IMG/VR virus record: IMGVR_UViG_3300046171_000197
Source of the DNA: a virus
Strand: one strand, 5' to 3'
DNA length: 64,000 bases
Part shown: piece by piece, positions 9,753 through 19,926 of the stretch
Layout: each line of letters begins with the position of its first letter
How positions within the stretch are numbered: the stretch's first letter is position 1
The notes under the pieces: generated by a model
Told to the model about the DNA's origin: nothing
Seen by the model: only the letters and a program-made list of their open reading frames with translations
The model's database searches: none
Made by a program: the position numbers and the translations under genes

Positions 9753-10082
9753 ATGGCTAATACTTTTAAATTAAAATCGAAAAATAATATTGGTGTATCC
9801 ACAGTTGGAATATACACAGTACCTGGTGCGACAACCACAGTTATAATTGGTGTGACTTGTACAAATGTTTCAGGTCAAGGAATCAATGTAGGAATTGGAA
9901 TATCAAGAGCAACAAATGGAGATGACATAAACATATTAAAGAATGTGCCGATACCACAAGGATCTGCATTGGAAATTATGCAAGGAAATAAGATAGTTGT
10001 AGAAGCAGTTGATACAGTCACAGCATTAAGTGATGTTAATAATAGTTTAGATGTTGCCTTGACGATCATGGAAATAACATAA
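9753..10082 (+). CDS. Small virion structural protein (109 aa)
   Basis: MANTFK..IYTVP..TTVIIG beta-rich sequence in the fibre locus, downstream of a late promoter. Confidence 0.7.
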   Translation: MANTFKLKSKNNIGVSTVGIYTVPGATTTVIIGVTCTNVSGQGINVGIGISRATNGDDINILKNVPIPQGSALEIMQGNKIVVEAVDTVTALSDVNNSLDVALTIMEIT

Positions 10083-10083
10083 G

Positions 10084-10626
10084 ATGGCACTATCCACCTC
10101 TCGAACAGTTGTTACCAATACTGGTTTAAGTACTCACGATCATTTTAGAGTTAGAGATCTTATATCTGTTGGTGTTGCAACCTTTTCTAATTTTAAAACT
10201 GGATCTACAAACGTTCATAGTGTAGGAGTAGAGGCTGCTGGAATAAATGTTTTTGGTGGAGATACTCCTATCGGTGCTGGTGCAACAATATACGATGATG
10301 GTGGTGCAAGATTTAGTGGTGTAGTGACTGCGACATCATTTCATGGTGATATATCACAGGCAACTGGTGCAGCTGCTGGATTAGGAACTGCTTTATCACA
10401 GACACAAACGAGTCCACTAAATAAAATTTACTTCACTGATAATATATTAAGTATTGGTGCAACAGTAACTATTGATCCTCCTCCTTCATCAACTGTGGCT
10501 TACACAAATTATTCTGAGATAAAAATTTCAGGTGCTGATTTAATAATTAAAGATGGTGATGATTTTATTCCTGATATATTAGGATTATCAACTACCTCTT
10601 TGAGAGGAAGATACACCTACAATTAA
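10084..10626 (+). CDS. Tail fibre-related protein
   Basis: GVVTATSFHG fibre motif; located in the fibre array. Confidence 0.7.
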   Translation: MALSTSRTVVTNTGLSTHDHFRVRDLISVGVATFSNFKTGSTNVHSVGVEAAGINVFGGDTPIGAGATIYDDGGARFSGVVTATSFHGDISQATGAAAGLGTALSQTQTSPLNKIYFTDNILSIGATVTIDPPPSSTVAYTNYSEIKISGADLIIKDGDDFIPDILGLSTTSLRGRYTYN

Positions 10627-10650
10627 CCTAAATAACTAAAAAGCATAATC

Positions 10651-11181
10651 ATGTCGAGATTAAGAGCAAATCAAATAACAAATGAGAATGCCAACGGTGC
10701 ACCTAATTTTCCGCATGGTATAACTGTCACTGGTATTGTCACTGCGACTAACAATCAAACAACATTCAGTAATATTGTTGTTGGTTCAGCAGTCACTGCA
10801 AATTCACAAGGTATAGATGTCACTGGTATTGTAACTGCAACATCATTTAAAGGTAGTGGTGCAAACCTAACTGGTATTGATGCAACATCATTAAAGGATG
10901 GAAGTGGTAATGTTATTGTACAAGCATCTGCAAGTGCTGTATCTGTCACTGCTGGTAAGCATTTAAATCCTGCAACAACTAATACAACAGACTTAGGAAC
11001 TTCTTCTTTAAGATGGAGAAACTTATATACTCAAGATTTACAGTTATCTAATGAATCAAGTGGTGGTAATAATGTGGATGGAACTTGGGGTGACTGGACT
11101 TTACAAGAGGGTGAAAATGATATCTTTATGATAAATAATCGTAATGGTAAAAAATACAAAATCAATCTAACGGAGGTATAA
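10651..11181 (+). CDS. Short tail-fibre module
   Basis: GIVTATSFKGSGANLTG hinge; C-terminal WGDWTLQEGENDIFMIN. Confidence 0.75.
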   Translation: MSRLRANQITNENANGAPNFPHGITVTGIVTATNNQTTFSNIVVGSAVTANSQGIDVTGIVTATSFKGSGANLTGIDATSLKDGSGNVIVQASASAVSVTAGKHLNPATTNTTDLGTSSLRWRNLYTQDLQLSNESSGGNNVDGTWGDWTLQEGENDIFMINNRNGKKYKINLTEV

Positions 11182-11183
11182 TC

Positions 11184-11753
11184 ATGGCAATTAATTGGAG
11201 TAACGATTCTACTGTAAATCAGGCAAGACCTGCAGGTCATAAACGACTTGCTATGGTTGATATTGATGGTAGTGGAGCATCCACTCATACTGTGACTGGT
11301 ATTCCATCTGATGCTGCTGAAGTTAACATTCATTTCATAAACTATAGTATGGATTCTAGTGGTACTGGTATAATGAACTTAAGGTGTGGTAATGGATCTC
11401 TTGATTCTGGTAGTAATTATTCTTATGGATGTGATGACGGTGATGCTAATTCACAAGGTAGTAATGGTGAGACTTATTTTAGATGCATAACAACTCATCA
11501 TTCAGGAGCAAGTCACGTTCTGACAGGCGGCATAAACCTCGTTAGAGCTACACATAGTGAGGGAACTGCATATAGTGGTTGGATGATTAAGGCTTTTTTC
11601 GGAGATGTCGTTAATAATATGGTCTTTATGTCAATAGGAAGATGGCATACAATTGGTGTGATGGATAGAATTCAAGTTTATAATGCTGGTGGTCATGGTT
11701 ATGATTCAGGTGGAAGAATGATAGTAACAGTAGCAACAGGGTCTGCTTATTAA
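11184..11753 (+). CDS. Putative fibre tip / receptor-binding domain protein
   Basis: Beta-rich, distantly similar to 23738..24424, and followed by a fibre chaperone. Confidence 0.55.
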   Translation: MAINWSNDSTVNQARPAGHKRLAMVDIDGSGASTHTVTGIPSDAAEVNIHFINYSMDSSGTGIMNLRCGNGSLDSGSNYSYGCDDGDANSQGSNGETYFRCITTHHSGASHVLTGGINLVRATHSEGTAYSGWMIKAFFGDVVNNMVFMSIGRWHTIGVMDRIQVYNAGGHGYDSGGRMIVTVATGSAY

Positions 11754-12040
11754 TGAAACAAACTATTACTGACCTTCAAACAGGTAAAACAGAGATTGTT
11801 GAAATCACAGATACTGAAAGGTTAGAGGTAGAATATTATAATACTCATATTGCTCCAATAGAAGCTATGAAGTCTTTGAGAATAACACGAAATCAACTAC
11901 TAAGAGAATCAGATTGGACACAAAGTAGAGATATACTTTTATCAAATGATGAGGATTGGAAAATCTATCGACAGCAACTGAGAGATCTACCTAAAAATAC
12001 AGATCCTATGAATACTGTGTGGCCAACGAAACCATCCTAA
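11753..12040 (+). CDS. Tail fibre assembly chaperone
   Basis: LR..RNQLLRESDWTQ..W..YRQQLRDLP..WPTKP pattern. Confidence 0.8.
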   Translation: MKQTITDLQTGKTEIVEITDTERLEVEYYNTHIAPIEAMKSLRITRNQLLRESDWTQSRDILLSNDEDWKIYRQQLRDLPKNTDPMNTVWPTKPS

Positions 12041-12058
12041 ATAACTAGAAATAATATA

Positions 12059-12823
12059 ATGCCATACTTAGGTCGAGAACTCACATCAGGAAATTATCTT
12101 AAGCTAGATGATATATCATCTCAGTTTAATGGATCTACTGTTACTTTTCAGTTGAAGAGTGGTGGTAGTGATTTTTTTCCTGGTTCATCATTCTCACTTT
12201 TAGTATCAGTCGCTGGTGTAATACAAGAAGCAGATTCTGCATATCAGATAAACAATAATGAAATAACTTTTGCAACAGCACCTGCGAATGCTGATGATGC
12301 TTTCATCATTGTTCTTGGTCTTGCATTAGGAGTTGGAGTTCCTGCAGATGGTACAGTTGGTCTCACACAACTTAATGACACTGCAAAGTTAGGTATATCA
12401 ACATCTAATTCTAATAACACATCAACTGTAAGAGTTGGTGGTGGAGTCACCTCTCTTAATTTTGCAGGTCCAGGTGTTACAACTGCGTTTGTGACAAATG
12501 GTATTGCTACAGTATTTGTTCAAGGTGGAGGTGGTGGTGGTGTCGGTGCTGCTGGTACTTGGGCATCTGATGCAGTTGGTGTTGCAACCAGTAAGGTAGT
12601 TGGTGTTGGTACAGCACAAGCAGTCGGTACAGCAAACTCCGAAGGTGCATTGCAGTCACTTGGTAATATTGCAATTACTGATGGTGCACTTCTAATAGAT
12701 AATGATATTAGTAGTAGTATTAATGTTCCTTCTGGAAAGAATGGATTATTGATTGGTACAGTCAGTGTTGCAGTCGGAGCAACAATTGATGTTGCAACAG
12801 GTTCAGTTTTAGTGGTGGTATAA
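12059..12823 (+). CDS. Tail fibre / baseplate-proximal fibre protein
   Basis: MPYLG..LDDISSQFNGS..F.L..V.GVIQ..Y.I..ITF..AP repeat unit. Confidence 0.7.
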   Translation: MPYLGRELTSGNYLKLDDISSQFNGSTVTFQLKSGGSDFFPGSSFSLLVSVAGVIQEADSAYQINNNEITFATAPANADDAFIIVLGLALGVGVPADGTVGLTQLNDTAKLGISTSNSNNTSTVRVGGGVTSLNFAGPGVTTAFVTNGIATVFVQGGGGGGVGAAGTWASDAVGVATSKVVGVGTAQAVGTANSEGALQSLGNIAITDGALLIDNDISSSINVPSGKNGLLIGTVSVAVGATIDVATGSVLVVV

Positions 12824-12824
12824 T

Positions 12825-14115
12825 ATGGCATATCTAGGTAATCGTAACGCAACAGGAGAGAAACAATAGTTTTAAGATCTTAGATGATCTTGCATTTACT
12901 ACAACCTTTAATGGTTCTGATGGAAATGTAGTAAATCATTCTGCTGATACAATCACAATTAATAATCATAGATTTTTAACAGGATCAAGAGTCACATATA
13001 CGAATGGTGGTGGTGGAAATATTACGGGACTGACAAATGGGACTGTATATTTTACAATTAAGGTAGATCATAATACAATTAAGTTAGCAACAAATGCATC
13101 AAACGCAAATTCTGGAACTGCAATTAATATCACAGGCACTGGAACTGGAAACGCACATACACTAAGTGTCGCATTTGATGGAGTCAATACAAAGTTTGTA
13201 GCAACATATGACAGTGGTACAAAAGCACAGATGACAAGAGCAGCTCAGTTGTTCTTATCTCATAATGGTGTCATACAAAGACCACATGATTCAACATCTC
13301 CTGCAAATGGATATGGTATCGACTCAAATGGATCTGTAGTTGTATTCTCAGCAGCACCTTCTTCTTCTGATGTAATCTTTGGAAATCTTGTCGCAAATAA
13401 CTTCCCAACATTTGATATCTCAGATAATAAGGTAGATACATTCACTGCTGATGGAAGCACAACAACATTTACTCTATCAAGAGCAGTTGTTAATAACGAT
13501 AATATATTAGTTGCATTAGATGGTGTGATGCAGTATCCATCTGATTCACAGAACACAAGATCATATAATGTATCAGGAACAGGATCTAATTCACTTACAT
13601 TTGCATCAGCTCCTGCACAAGGAACAGTCATTCATGTAAGACACATTGGTTTTGCTGGTGCATCTACAAGTGGTGTCACAGGATTTTTAGGTAGATCAGG
13701 TAATATACAGATAATTGACTCTGATCCAATAGTTGGTATTCAGTCTGGTAGTGTTGCAATTGGAACAGTTCGTACATTAAACTTTGTTGGTGCTGGTAAT
13801 ACATTTAAACAAACTGGTAATACAATCGACATTAGTATCGCAGGTGGTGGGGGAGCAAGTGTTTGGACTACATCAATCACTGGTATTCAAACTGCTTCTG
13901 CAATCGTTGGTGTCGGAACAGAAGACGCAGGTGATGCTGACTTACAAGGAATTGGTAATTCTGCAAGAGGACTTTATATTAGTAATGGTATGATACTATA
14001 TGATAATGCAATCAATGGTAATCATTATATTGGAACCTCAATGAACGGTCTGATGGCAGGTCCTGTGTCAGTCAACGGAGTTCTGAATGTTGATGGTAAT
14101 TTTGTGGTGGTATAA
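12825..14115 (+). CDS. Tail fibre protein, reconstructed across a +1 indel at ~12861
   Basis: MAYLGNRNATGE, then after dropping one A the frame reads NNSFKILDDLAF... continuously into the 13231..14115 ORF. Confidence 0.75.
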
Positions 14116-14126
14116 TAAATAAAGAT

Positions 14127-15506
14127 ATGACTGTAATTAGACCAAATAGTATATCAGGAGTTTCAAGTATCACTGGACAAGGTGGTGATATTTCGATCTT
14201 TCGTGCTGATGGAACTGCTGCTGATGTAACTGTAAATAATATAACCTCTGGTGTTGTAACTGCAACCAAATTTGTTGGTCCGATTGAGGGTAATGTAACT
14301 GGTGGAACTATAAATGCCACAAGTGGAACCATCACAGGTAATCTTGGAGTAGGTGGTGTACTGACTTATGAAGACGTAACAAATATAGATTCAGTTGGTG
14401 TTATTACAGCAAGAGATGGACTTCGTGTAACTGGTATTGCAACTGTTGGTTCCTTAGAAATTACAGATGGTACGACAAAAATTAGTAAACATGCAGTGGG
14501 TGTTGGTACTACAACGACTGCAGGAAGAAATGCTGGTGTTTCAACAGCAACAGGAACTATAATTTTTAATTCAAATTTTAATGCATTACAGGTATATACT
14601 GGAGTGCATGGAATATTATCAGAACTAAATCATCAAACTTTTGCTATAAATTATCTTGTCATCGGTGGAGGAGGTGGCGGTGGTGGTTACTTCCGTGGAG
14701 GAGGTGGCGGTGCAGGAGCACTAAGAACAAACTGGAGCAATGAATCTCAGGGTGGAGGAACATCAGGTGCCGCTGCAAAAACAATTAGTATCGGATCTGC
14801 ATATTCAATTATTCTTGGTGCTGCTGGTACTGGTGTTACTAATGATCCTGGTACTAGTGGTGGCACGACTACTTTCGATGATATAGTATCCAAAGGTGGT
14901 GGTGGCGGTGGTGAATACGCTGATCAAAATGATGGCACCGAAGATGGAAGAGCAAGTGCAGATCCAGGTGGTGGATCTGGTGGTGGTGGAGGTGGAGGAC
15001 CATCTGGAGGTGGAACTGGTGGTGCAAGTGGTACTTATGGATATAATGGTGGAACTGGAGCAAATAGCACTCCTCAATGTGGAGGTGGTGGCGGTGGTGC
15101 TGGTGCTGCTGGAGTGAATGGTGGTTCTGGTGGAACTAATGGAGATGGTGGTTCTTCACTGAATAATACAATCACAGGTGGAACAGTGGCATACGCTGGT
15201 GGAGGTGGTGGAGGAAACTACGGATCTGGAAACGCTACTGTTGGTGGTGGCGCAGGTGCAGGTGCTGGTGGTGGAACTGGAAATAATAATAATGCAACCA
15301 TAGCGAATAGAGGTAGTGGAGGAGGTGGTGCTTCTGGTGCCACAGGTGGTAATGGTAGTGCAGGTGTCATCATACTTAGATTTTCATCAAATTACACTGC
15401 AACCGTTAGTGGTGGAGTTACATCTTCTTCTACATCAGCTGGAAGTGATACAGTTCTTACGATCACTGCAACCTCAGATTCTTCACAGACAGTTTCCTTC
15501 TCATAA
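14127..15506 (+). CDS. Fibre protein with a glycine-rich C-terminal domain
   Basis: LTYEDVTNIDSVG stub, then YLVIGGGGGGG..GGGGAG..SGGGGG..GSAGVIILR Gly-rich domain. Confidence 0.8.
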   Translation: MTVIRPNSISGVSSITGQGGDISIFRADGTAADVTVNNITSGVVTATKFVGPIEGNVTGGTINATSGTITGNLGVGGVLTYEDVTNIDSVGVITARDGLRVTGIATVGSLEITDGTTKISKHAVGVGTTTTAGRNAGVSTATGTIIFNSNFNALQVYTGVHGILSELNHQTFAINYLVIGGGGGGGGYFRGGGGGAGALRTNWSNESQGGGTSGAAAKTISIGSAYSIILGAAGTGVTNDPGTSGGTTTFDDIVSKGGGGGGEYADQNDGTEDGRASADPGGGSGGGGGGGPSGGGTGGASGTYGYNGGTGANSTPQCGGGGGGAGAAGVNGGSGGTNGDGGSSLNNTITGGTVAYAGGGGGGNYGSGNATVGGGAGAGAGGGTGNNNNATIANRGSGGGGASGATGGNGSAGVIILRFSSNYTATVSGGVTSSSTSAGSDTVLTITATSDSSQTVSFS

Positions 15507-15518
15507 TATATAAAAATA

Positions 15519-15527
15519 TGATATAAT
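15519..15527 (+). promoter_or_regulatory. Extended -10 promoter TGaTATAAT
   Basis: Directly upstream of the oxygenase start at 15549; an identical 9-mer precedes the oxygenase at 46024. Confidence 0.55.
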
Positions 15528-15548
15528 AAGAATATTATTTAATAAATT

Positions 15549-16229
15549 ATGAAAAACTTATCTTTGGTAAGATTTAAAAGTGAAGACAGAGAAACACCAT
15601 TTGCACCTAAGTGGGACTATAGATTAATAGAAGGTGAGATAGATGATGTTGACTTTAATTATATCGCAAGATATTTATTGAACAAGAAAAATGAAATATT
15701 AAAAATTAAACCTAGTAAAGGAGATGGATTCACAGGGTTGGGTATAAATTCAACTACTGCAAGACACTCCGATTATAATATTTTTAATTTTGGTGATGAT
15801 GAAATCAATAAACTAAAATCAAATATATTATTTTTACATAGTCAATTAATACAATCAATAGGTCCTGAAGAATTTAATAAGTATCAATTTGATGGTTTGT
15901 ATATACAGTGTTGGTACAATGTAATGGATAAAGGTCAGAAAATTTTACCCCACTTACATGATGTCGCACCAGTATGTTACTTAGGAGGACACATAACAGT
16001 TCAATGTGATGATACCTATACTGGATATATCAATCCAATAAATCAGATAAATAAACCTGATGTGCATAAGAGTAAAAATAAAGTTGGTAAAATAACATTA
16101 TTTCCTAATTACCTTCCACATTTTACAAATAAACATAATGCAGATAAAGAAAGAATTACAATTGCTTTTGATCTAATGACTAGAAAAGATCATATTGATA
16201 ATAACTACGTGAGTTTAATAAATAACTAA
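15549..16229 (+). CDS. Putative 2OG-Fe(II) oxygenase
   Basis: WYNVM..PHLHD..LGG..G.ITLFPNYLPH..ERITIAFD double-stranded beta-helix with H-x-H..H..R residues. Confidence 0.75.
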   Translation: MKNLSLVRFKSEDRETPFAPKWDYRLIEGEIDDVDFNYIARYLLNKKNEILKIKPSKGDGFTGLGINSTTARHSDYNIFNFGDDEINKLKSNILFLHSQLIQSIGPEEFNKYQFDGLYIQCWYNVMDKGQKILPHLHDVAPVCYLGGHITVQCDDTYTGYINPINQINKPDVHKSKNKVGKITLFPNYLPHFTNKHNADKERITIAFDLMTRKDHIDNNYVSLINN

Positions 16230-16236
16230 AAACCTG

Positions 16237-16686
16237 ATGGGAATACAACTAAACGGAATTACAGGAGATATAACCACACCAGGTGACGTTGGTATTGGTG
16301 GTACACTGACCTATGAAGACGTTGCAAACGTAGACTCAATTGGTATTGTAACAGCAAGAAGTGGTATAAATGTAACTGGTGGCAATATAAACGTAAGTAG
16401 TGGTAGTGTTACTGCAACTTCATTCAGTGGAGATGGTGCAAATCTAACTGGAGTCAGTGGGTTTTCAACTGCACTTAGTAATACAGAAGGAACACTTGAA
16501 AATCTGATATTCAAAACAACAGAGTCATTTACTATTGGTGCAGGTCAATCAATTAGGTTAGAGTCAGATAATATGTCTGGTAATACTCTCTTCACAAGAT
16601 TGGGTAGAATCAATGTCTCAACAGGTGCAACCTTCCATGTATCTGCTGGCACTACATTTGTAATGAATGTACTAAGTGTATTCTAA
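16237..16686 (+). CDS. Short tail-fibre module
   Basis: LTYEDVANVDSIG..SFSGDGANLTG. Confidence 0.7.
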   Translation: MGIQLNGITGDITTPGDVGIGGTLTYEDVANVDSIGIVTARSGINVTGGNINVSSGSVTATSFSGDGANLTGVSGFSTALSNTEGTLENLIFKTTESFTIGAGQSIRLESDNMSGNTLFTRLGRINVSTGATFHVSAGTTFVMNVLSVF

Positions 16687-16715
16687 TCACATAAATAACA
16701 AAAAAGCTTTAAAAA

Positions 16716-17345
16716 ATGTCTGAAATTAGAGTTGAAAATATAATAGGAGAGACAGGACTTGATGCTGTTAATTTTACAAAAGGTATTAACGTATCTTCTG
16801 GTGTTGTAACTGCAACGACATTTGTTGGAAACTTAACTGGTAATCCAACTGGTAGTGGTGCAAATCTAACAAGTTTACCTGCTGCAAATTTAACTGGTGC
16901 ATTACCAGCAATTAGTGGTGCAAATTTAACAGGCATAACAGCTAAAGTAGTTCAATGTGTCACTTCATATTATGGTACGCAACATTCAACATCAAGTTCA
17001 AATTTAACAGATACTGGTCATACTTTAGTAATAACACCAACCAGTAATAGTAATAAAATAATTATTATGAATCAAACTAGCGGTGGTAATAATCAAAGTG
17101 GTAGATCATGGAAACATATGCTGACTTATTCTATTGGTGGCAGTGTATCTAACGGAAGATATATGCAACTTGGTGATGATGGAGATAACTCAAGTTTTGC
17201 ATTTAGCCATGTTTTATATTGGTTTCACTCAAGTCCTGGCACTGCTGAGATAACATATCAAACTAGACACGCTACTGATGGTTCTGGGACAGCTTATTAT
17301 GGATATAGTGGTAGTTATATGGTAGCTTGGGAGGTAACACCATGA
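16716..17345 (+). CDS. Fibre stub plus tip domain
   Basis: MSEIRV start, GSGANLT hinge, KVVQ..ITPTSNSNKI..TY tip domain family. Confidence 0.7.
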   Translation: MSEIRVENIIGETGLDAVNFTKGINVSSGVVTATTFVGNLTGNPTGSGANLTSLPAANLTGALPAISGANLTGITAKVVQCVTSYYGTQHSTSSSNLTDTGHTLVITPTSNSNKIIIMNQTSGGNNQSGRSWKHMLTYSIGGSVSNGRYMQLGDDGDNSSFAFSHVLYWFHSSPGTAEITYQTRHATDGSGTAYYGYSGSYMVAWEVTP

Positions 17346-17647
17346 TGATTGATAGAATTACTTGCATTCACAATTTGTATAGTGATGTTGTAAATGTAAC
17401 TAAAAATTTAGAGACAAATACTTACAAGGCATTTGATAAAGATAATAAAGAGATTACTCTTGATATGAATGCTGTTGAAGCAGAATTTACAAAACTGGAT
17501 TATCAAAATAAAAGAATAAAAGAATATCCATCTTTAGGAAATTTAGCAGATGCAATGTACTGGAATAGTAAAGGTGACTCTAGTAAATTAACAGCATATT
17601 ACACAGCCTGTGAAAAGGTAAAAACAGACAATCCAAAACCTAGTTAA
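17342..17647 (+). CDS. Putative fibre chaperone
   Basis: DYQNKRIKEYPSLGNLADAMY..VK..NPKP, a paralogue of 24421..24654. ATG at 17342 preferred. Confidence 0.6.
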   Translation: MMIDRITCIHNLYSDVVNVTKNLETNTYKAFDKDNKEITLDMNAVEAEFTKLDYQNKRIKEYPSLGNLADAMYWNSKGDSSKLTAYYTACEKVKTDNPKPS

Positions 17648-17649
17648 TA

Positions 17650-18306
17650 ATGTCAGAAATTCGTGTTACTAGTGTAGTCGGTGAGAATGGTGGAGATCGT
17701 GTCGGTCTTACCACTGGACTGACTGTGGGACCTCTGACTGGAACGACTGGTATTGGTGCAACAATATCTCATCAAGGTCACGCACAATTTGCTGGTGTTT
17801 GTACTGCAACTTCTTTTGTTGGTAGTGGTGCAAACTTAACAGGTCTCACTTCTGGTATTACTATGGTAGATCAGTGGAGAATAACAAATGATAATAACAA
17901 AACTAATGATCAAGTAATAGATAGTAACTGGGAAAGAAGTGATACTTTTTTTGCACAAATAGGAACTGGAATGAGTCAATCAAGTGGAGTTTTTACTTTT
18001 CCACAAACTGGTATATATTTAGTATTGGCTCAACTCCAAATGAATGGAAGTGCAAGTTATGCTGGAGTTTCAGTTGAAGTAAGTACAGATAGTGGTGGTA
18101 GCTATGGTGGTTTTACATATGGTTATCAAAATATGAGTACTGTGGGTGGGTATCATCATCTAGGTCTTCATGGAATATGTGATATTGCTAATGTAAGCAC
18201 ACATAGATTACGAATGTTAGCTGTAAATAACGCATCTACTCAATACTCTGGTAATACAAATAATTATAGATGTGGTATGACATTTATACGTTTAGGTGAC
18301 ACATAA
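17650..18306 (+). CDS. Fibre stub plus tip domain
   Basis: MSEIRV start; tip ITMVDQWR..FTFPQTGIY..FIRLGDT, a paralogue of 23166..23738. Confidence 0.7.
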   Translation: MSEIRVTSVVGENGGDRVGLTTGLTVGPLTGTTGIGATISHQGHAQFAGVCTATSFVGSGANLTGLTSGITMVDQWRITNDNNKTNDQVIDSNWERSDTFFAQIGTGMSQSSGVFTFPQTGIYLVLAQLQMNGSASYAGVSVEVSTDSGGSYGGFTYGYQNMSTVGGYHHLGLHGICDIANVSTHRLRMLAVNNASTQYSGNTNNYRCGMTFIRLGDT

Positions 18307-19715
18307 TGGCATCAGAAATTAGAGTAAATAAAATAATAAACCGAAGTGGGTTATCAACAGTAACCTTCTCAGATACTGGTGCGATTGTTTCTGGTATTGT
18401 AACTGCAAATAGTTTTAGTGGTAATGTAACTGGTAATGTAACTGGTAGTGGAGCAAACTTGACCAGCATACCTGCTGGTCAATTAACAGGAACAGTTGCC
18501 GACGCAAGATTAACTTCTGTAACTGCATCTAAATTGAGTGGTGCATTACCTGCAATTGATGGATCTTCGTTAACTGGTATCAACACTGCATTTGGATCTG
18601 GCACAAGTGTCAACACTTCTGGTATTATAACTGCAACAGCATTTGTACCGACAACAGGACAACTCTCTCATCGCAACATCATAGTCAACGGAGCCATGAC
18701 TGTGGCCCAACGTGGTACGTCACATGGTTCATCTGGTTTTAGAACAGTTGATAGATTTGCATTTTATGGTTCTGGTTTAAATGCTTCTGTTACAACAGAA
18801 CAAGCTGATGTTGCTTCTGGAACTACACCATATACTTCAGGTTTTAGAAAATCTCATAAGATAACAAACGGAGCACAAACAGGTCCAGATGCAGGTGATT
18901 ACATATATTTTAGTCACAAACTTGAAGCACAGGATATTGCAACAAGTGGGTGGAATTATACTTCTGCATCTAGTTATGTCACTTTATCTTTTTGGGTAAA
19001 ATCAAGTGTTGCACAAAATTTTTATGGTTATTTAAAAACTGGTGATGGTACAGCACAAAACTATCCTTTTGAGACAGGTTCTTTATCTGCTAACACTTGG
19101 ACAAAAGTTACTAAAACAATTCCTGGAAATTCAAATCTACAGTTTGATATTAATACTGATATGGGAATTGAAATAGTTATTGCTCCATTTTTTGGAACAG
19201 ATAAAACTGGAACTTTAAGTTTAAATGCTTGGGGTGCTTGGAGTTCATCAAATAGATTACCAGATAATACCTCTACTTGGTTCACAACAAGTGGTGCTAC
19301 GTTTGAATATACAGGAGTTCAATTAGAAGTTGGTCCTGTAGCGACCCCGTTCGAGCACCGCAGCTATGGAGAGGAACTTTTACGGTGCCAACGCTATTGT
19401 TATGCAGATAGAGGTAGTGACGATTATCATGCAGTAGCACAGGGTCATTTTAATGGAAGTTCTACAGCTATAACCATGCTATATACACCAGTTTGTATGA
19501 GAGCAGCACCGACTCTTTCATATCCAGTTGGAACTTGGATTGTAAGTGGAGATGCTGGTACTTTAAACCAAAGTAACATTTATCCTACTGATAATATTGG
19601 TGGAGTAAATGCTTTTCAAATTAGAGCAGCAGTATCAGGTGCTCAATCAGGAGAAGGATTTTTATTAAGAACTTCTTCTGCTGGACACACTTGGATTTTA
19701 GATGCGGAGTTATAA
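18306..19715 (+). CDS. Tail fibre with a carbohydrate-binding-like jelly-roll domain
   Basis: HRNIIVNGAM.VAQRG..DRF..TLSFWVKS..GVQLEVG.VATPFEHRSYGEELLRCQRY. Confidence 0.75.
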   Translation: MASEIRVNKIINRSGLSTVTFSDTGAIVSGIVTANSFSGNVTGNVTGSGANLTSIPAGQLTGTVADARLTSVTASKLSGALPAIDGSSLTGINTAFGSGTSVNTSGIITATAFVPTTGQLSHRNIIVNGAMTVAQRGTSHGSSGFRTVDRFAFYGSGLNASVTTEQADVASGTTPYTSGFRKSHKITNGAQTGPDAGDYIYFSHKLEAQDIATSGWNYTSASSYVTLSFWVKSSVAQNFYGYLKTGDGTAQNYPFETGSLSANTWTKVTKTIPGNSNLQFDINTDMGIEIVIAPFFGTDKTGTLSLNAWGAWSSSNRLPDNTSTWFTTSGATFEYTGVQLEVGPVATPFEHRSYGEELLRCQRYCYADRGSDDYHAVAQGHFNGSSTAITMLYTPVCMRAAPTLSYPVGTWIVSGDAGTLNQSNIYPTDNIGGVNAFQIRAAVSGAQSGEGFLLRTSSAGHTWILDAEL

Positions 19716-19716
19716 C

Positions 19717-19908
19717 ATGGCATACCCAACAAACCCTATTTACAAATTATTAAAAGATGCCACAGACAACAGGGATGTTTGTGTGATGAAAAAAGATGGT
19801 GACAGAACTATGTACATACCCATCAATAATGGAGCATCTACCAATTCAGATTTTATTGAATATAAAGCATGGCTTGATGCTGGAAACACACCACAAGCAG
19901 CCGACTAA
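19717..19908 (+). CDS. Small fibre-associated chaperone-like protein
   Basis: N.DF.EY.AWL.AGNTP..AD motif; ATG at 19717 preferred. Confidence 0.6.
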   Translation: MAYPTNPIYKLLKDATDNRDVCVMKKDGDRTMYIPINNGASTNSDFIEYKAWLDAGNTPQAAD

Positions 19909-19926
19909 ATAGTTAAAAAATATATA

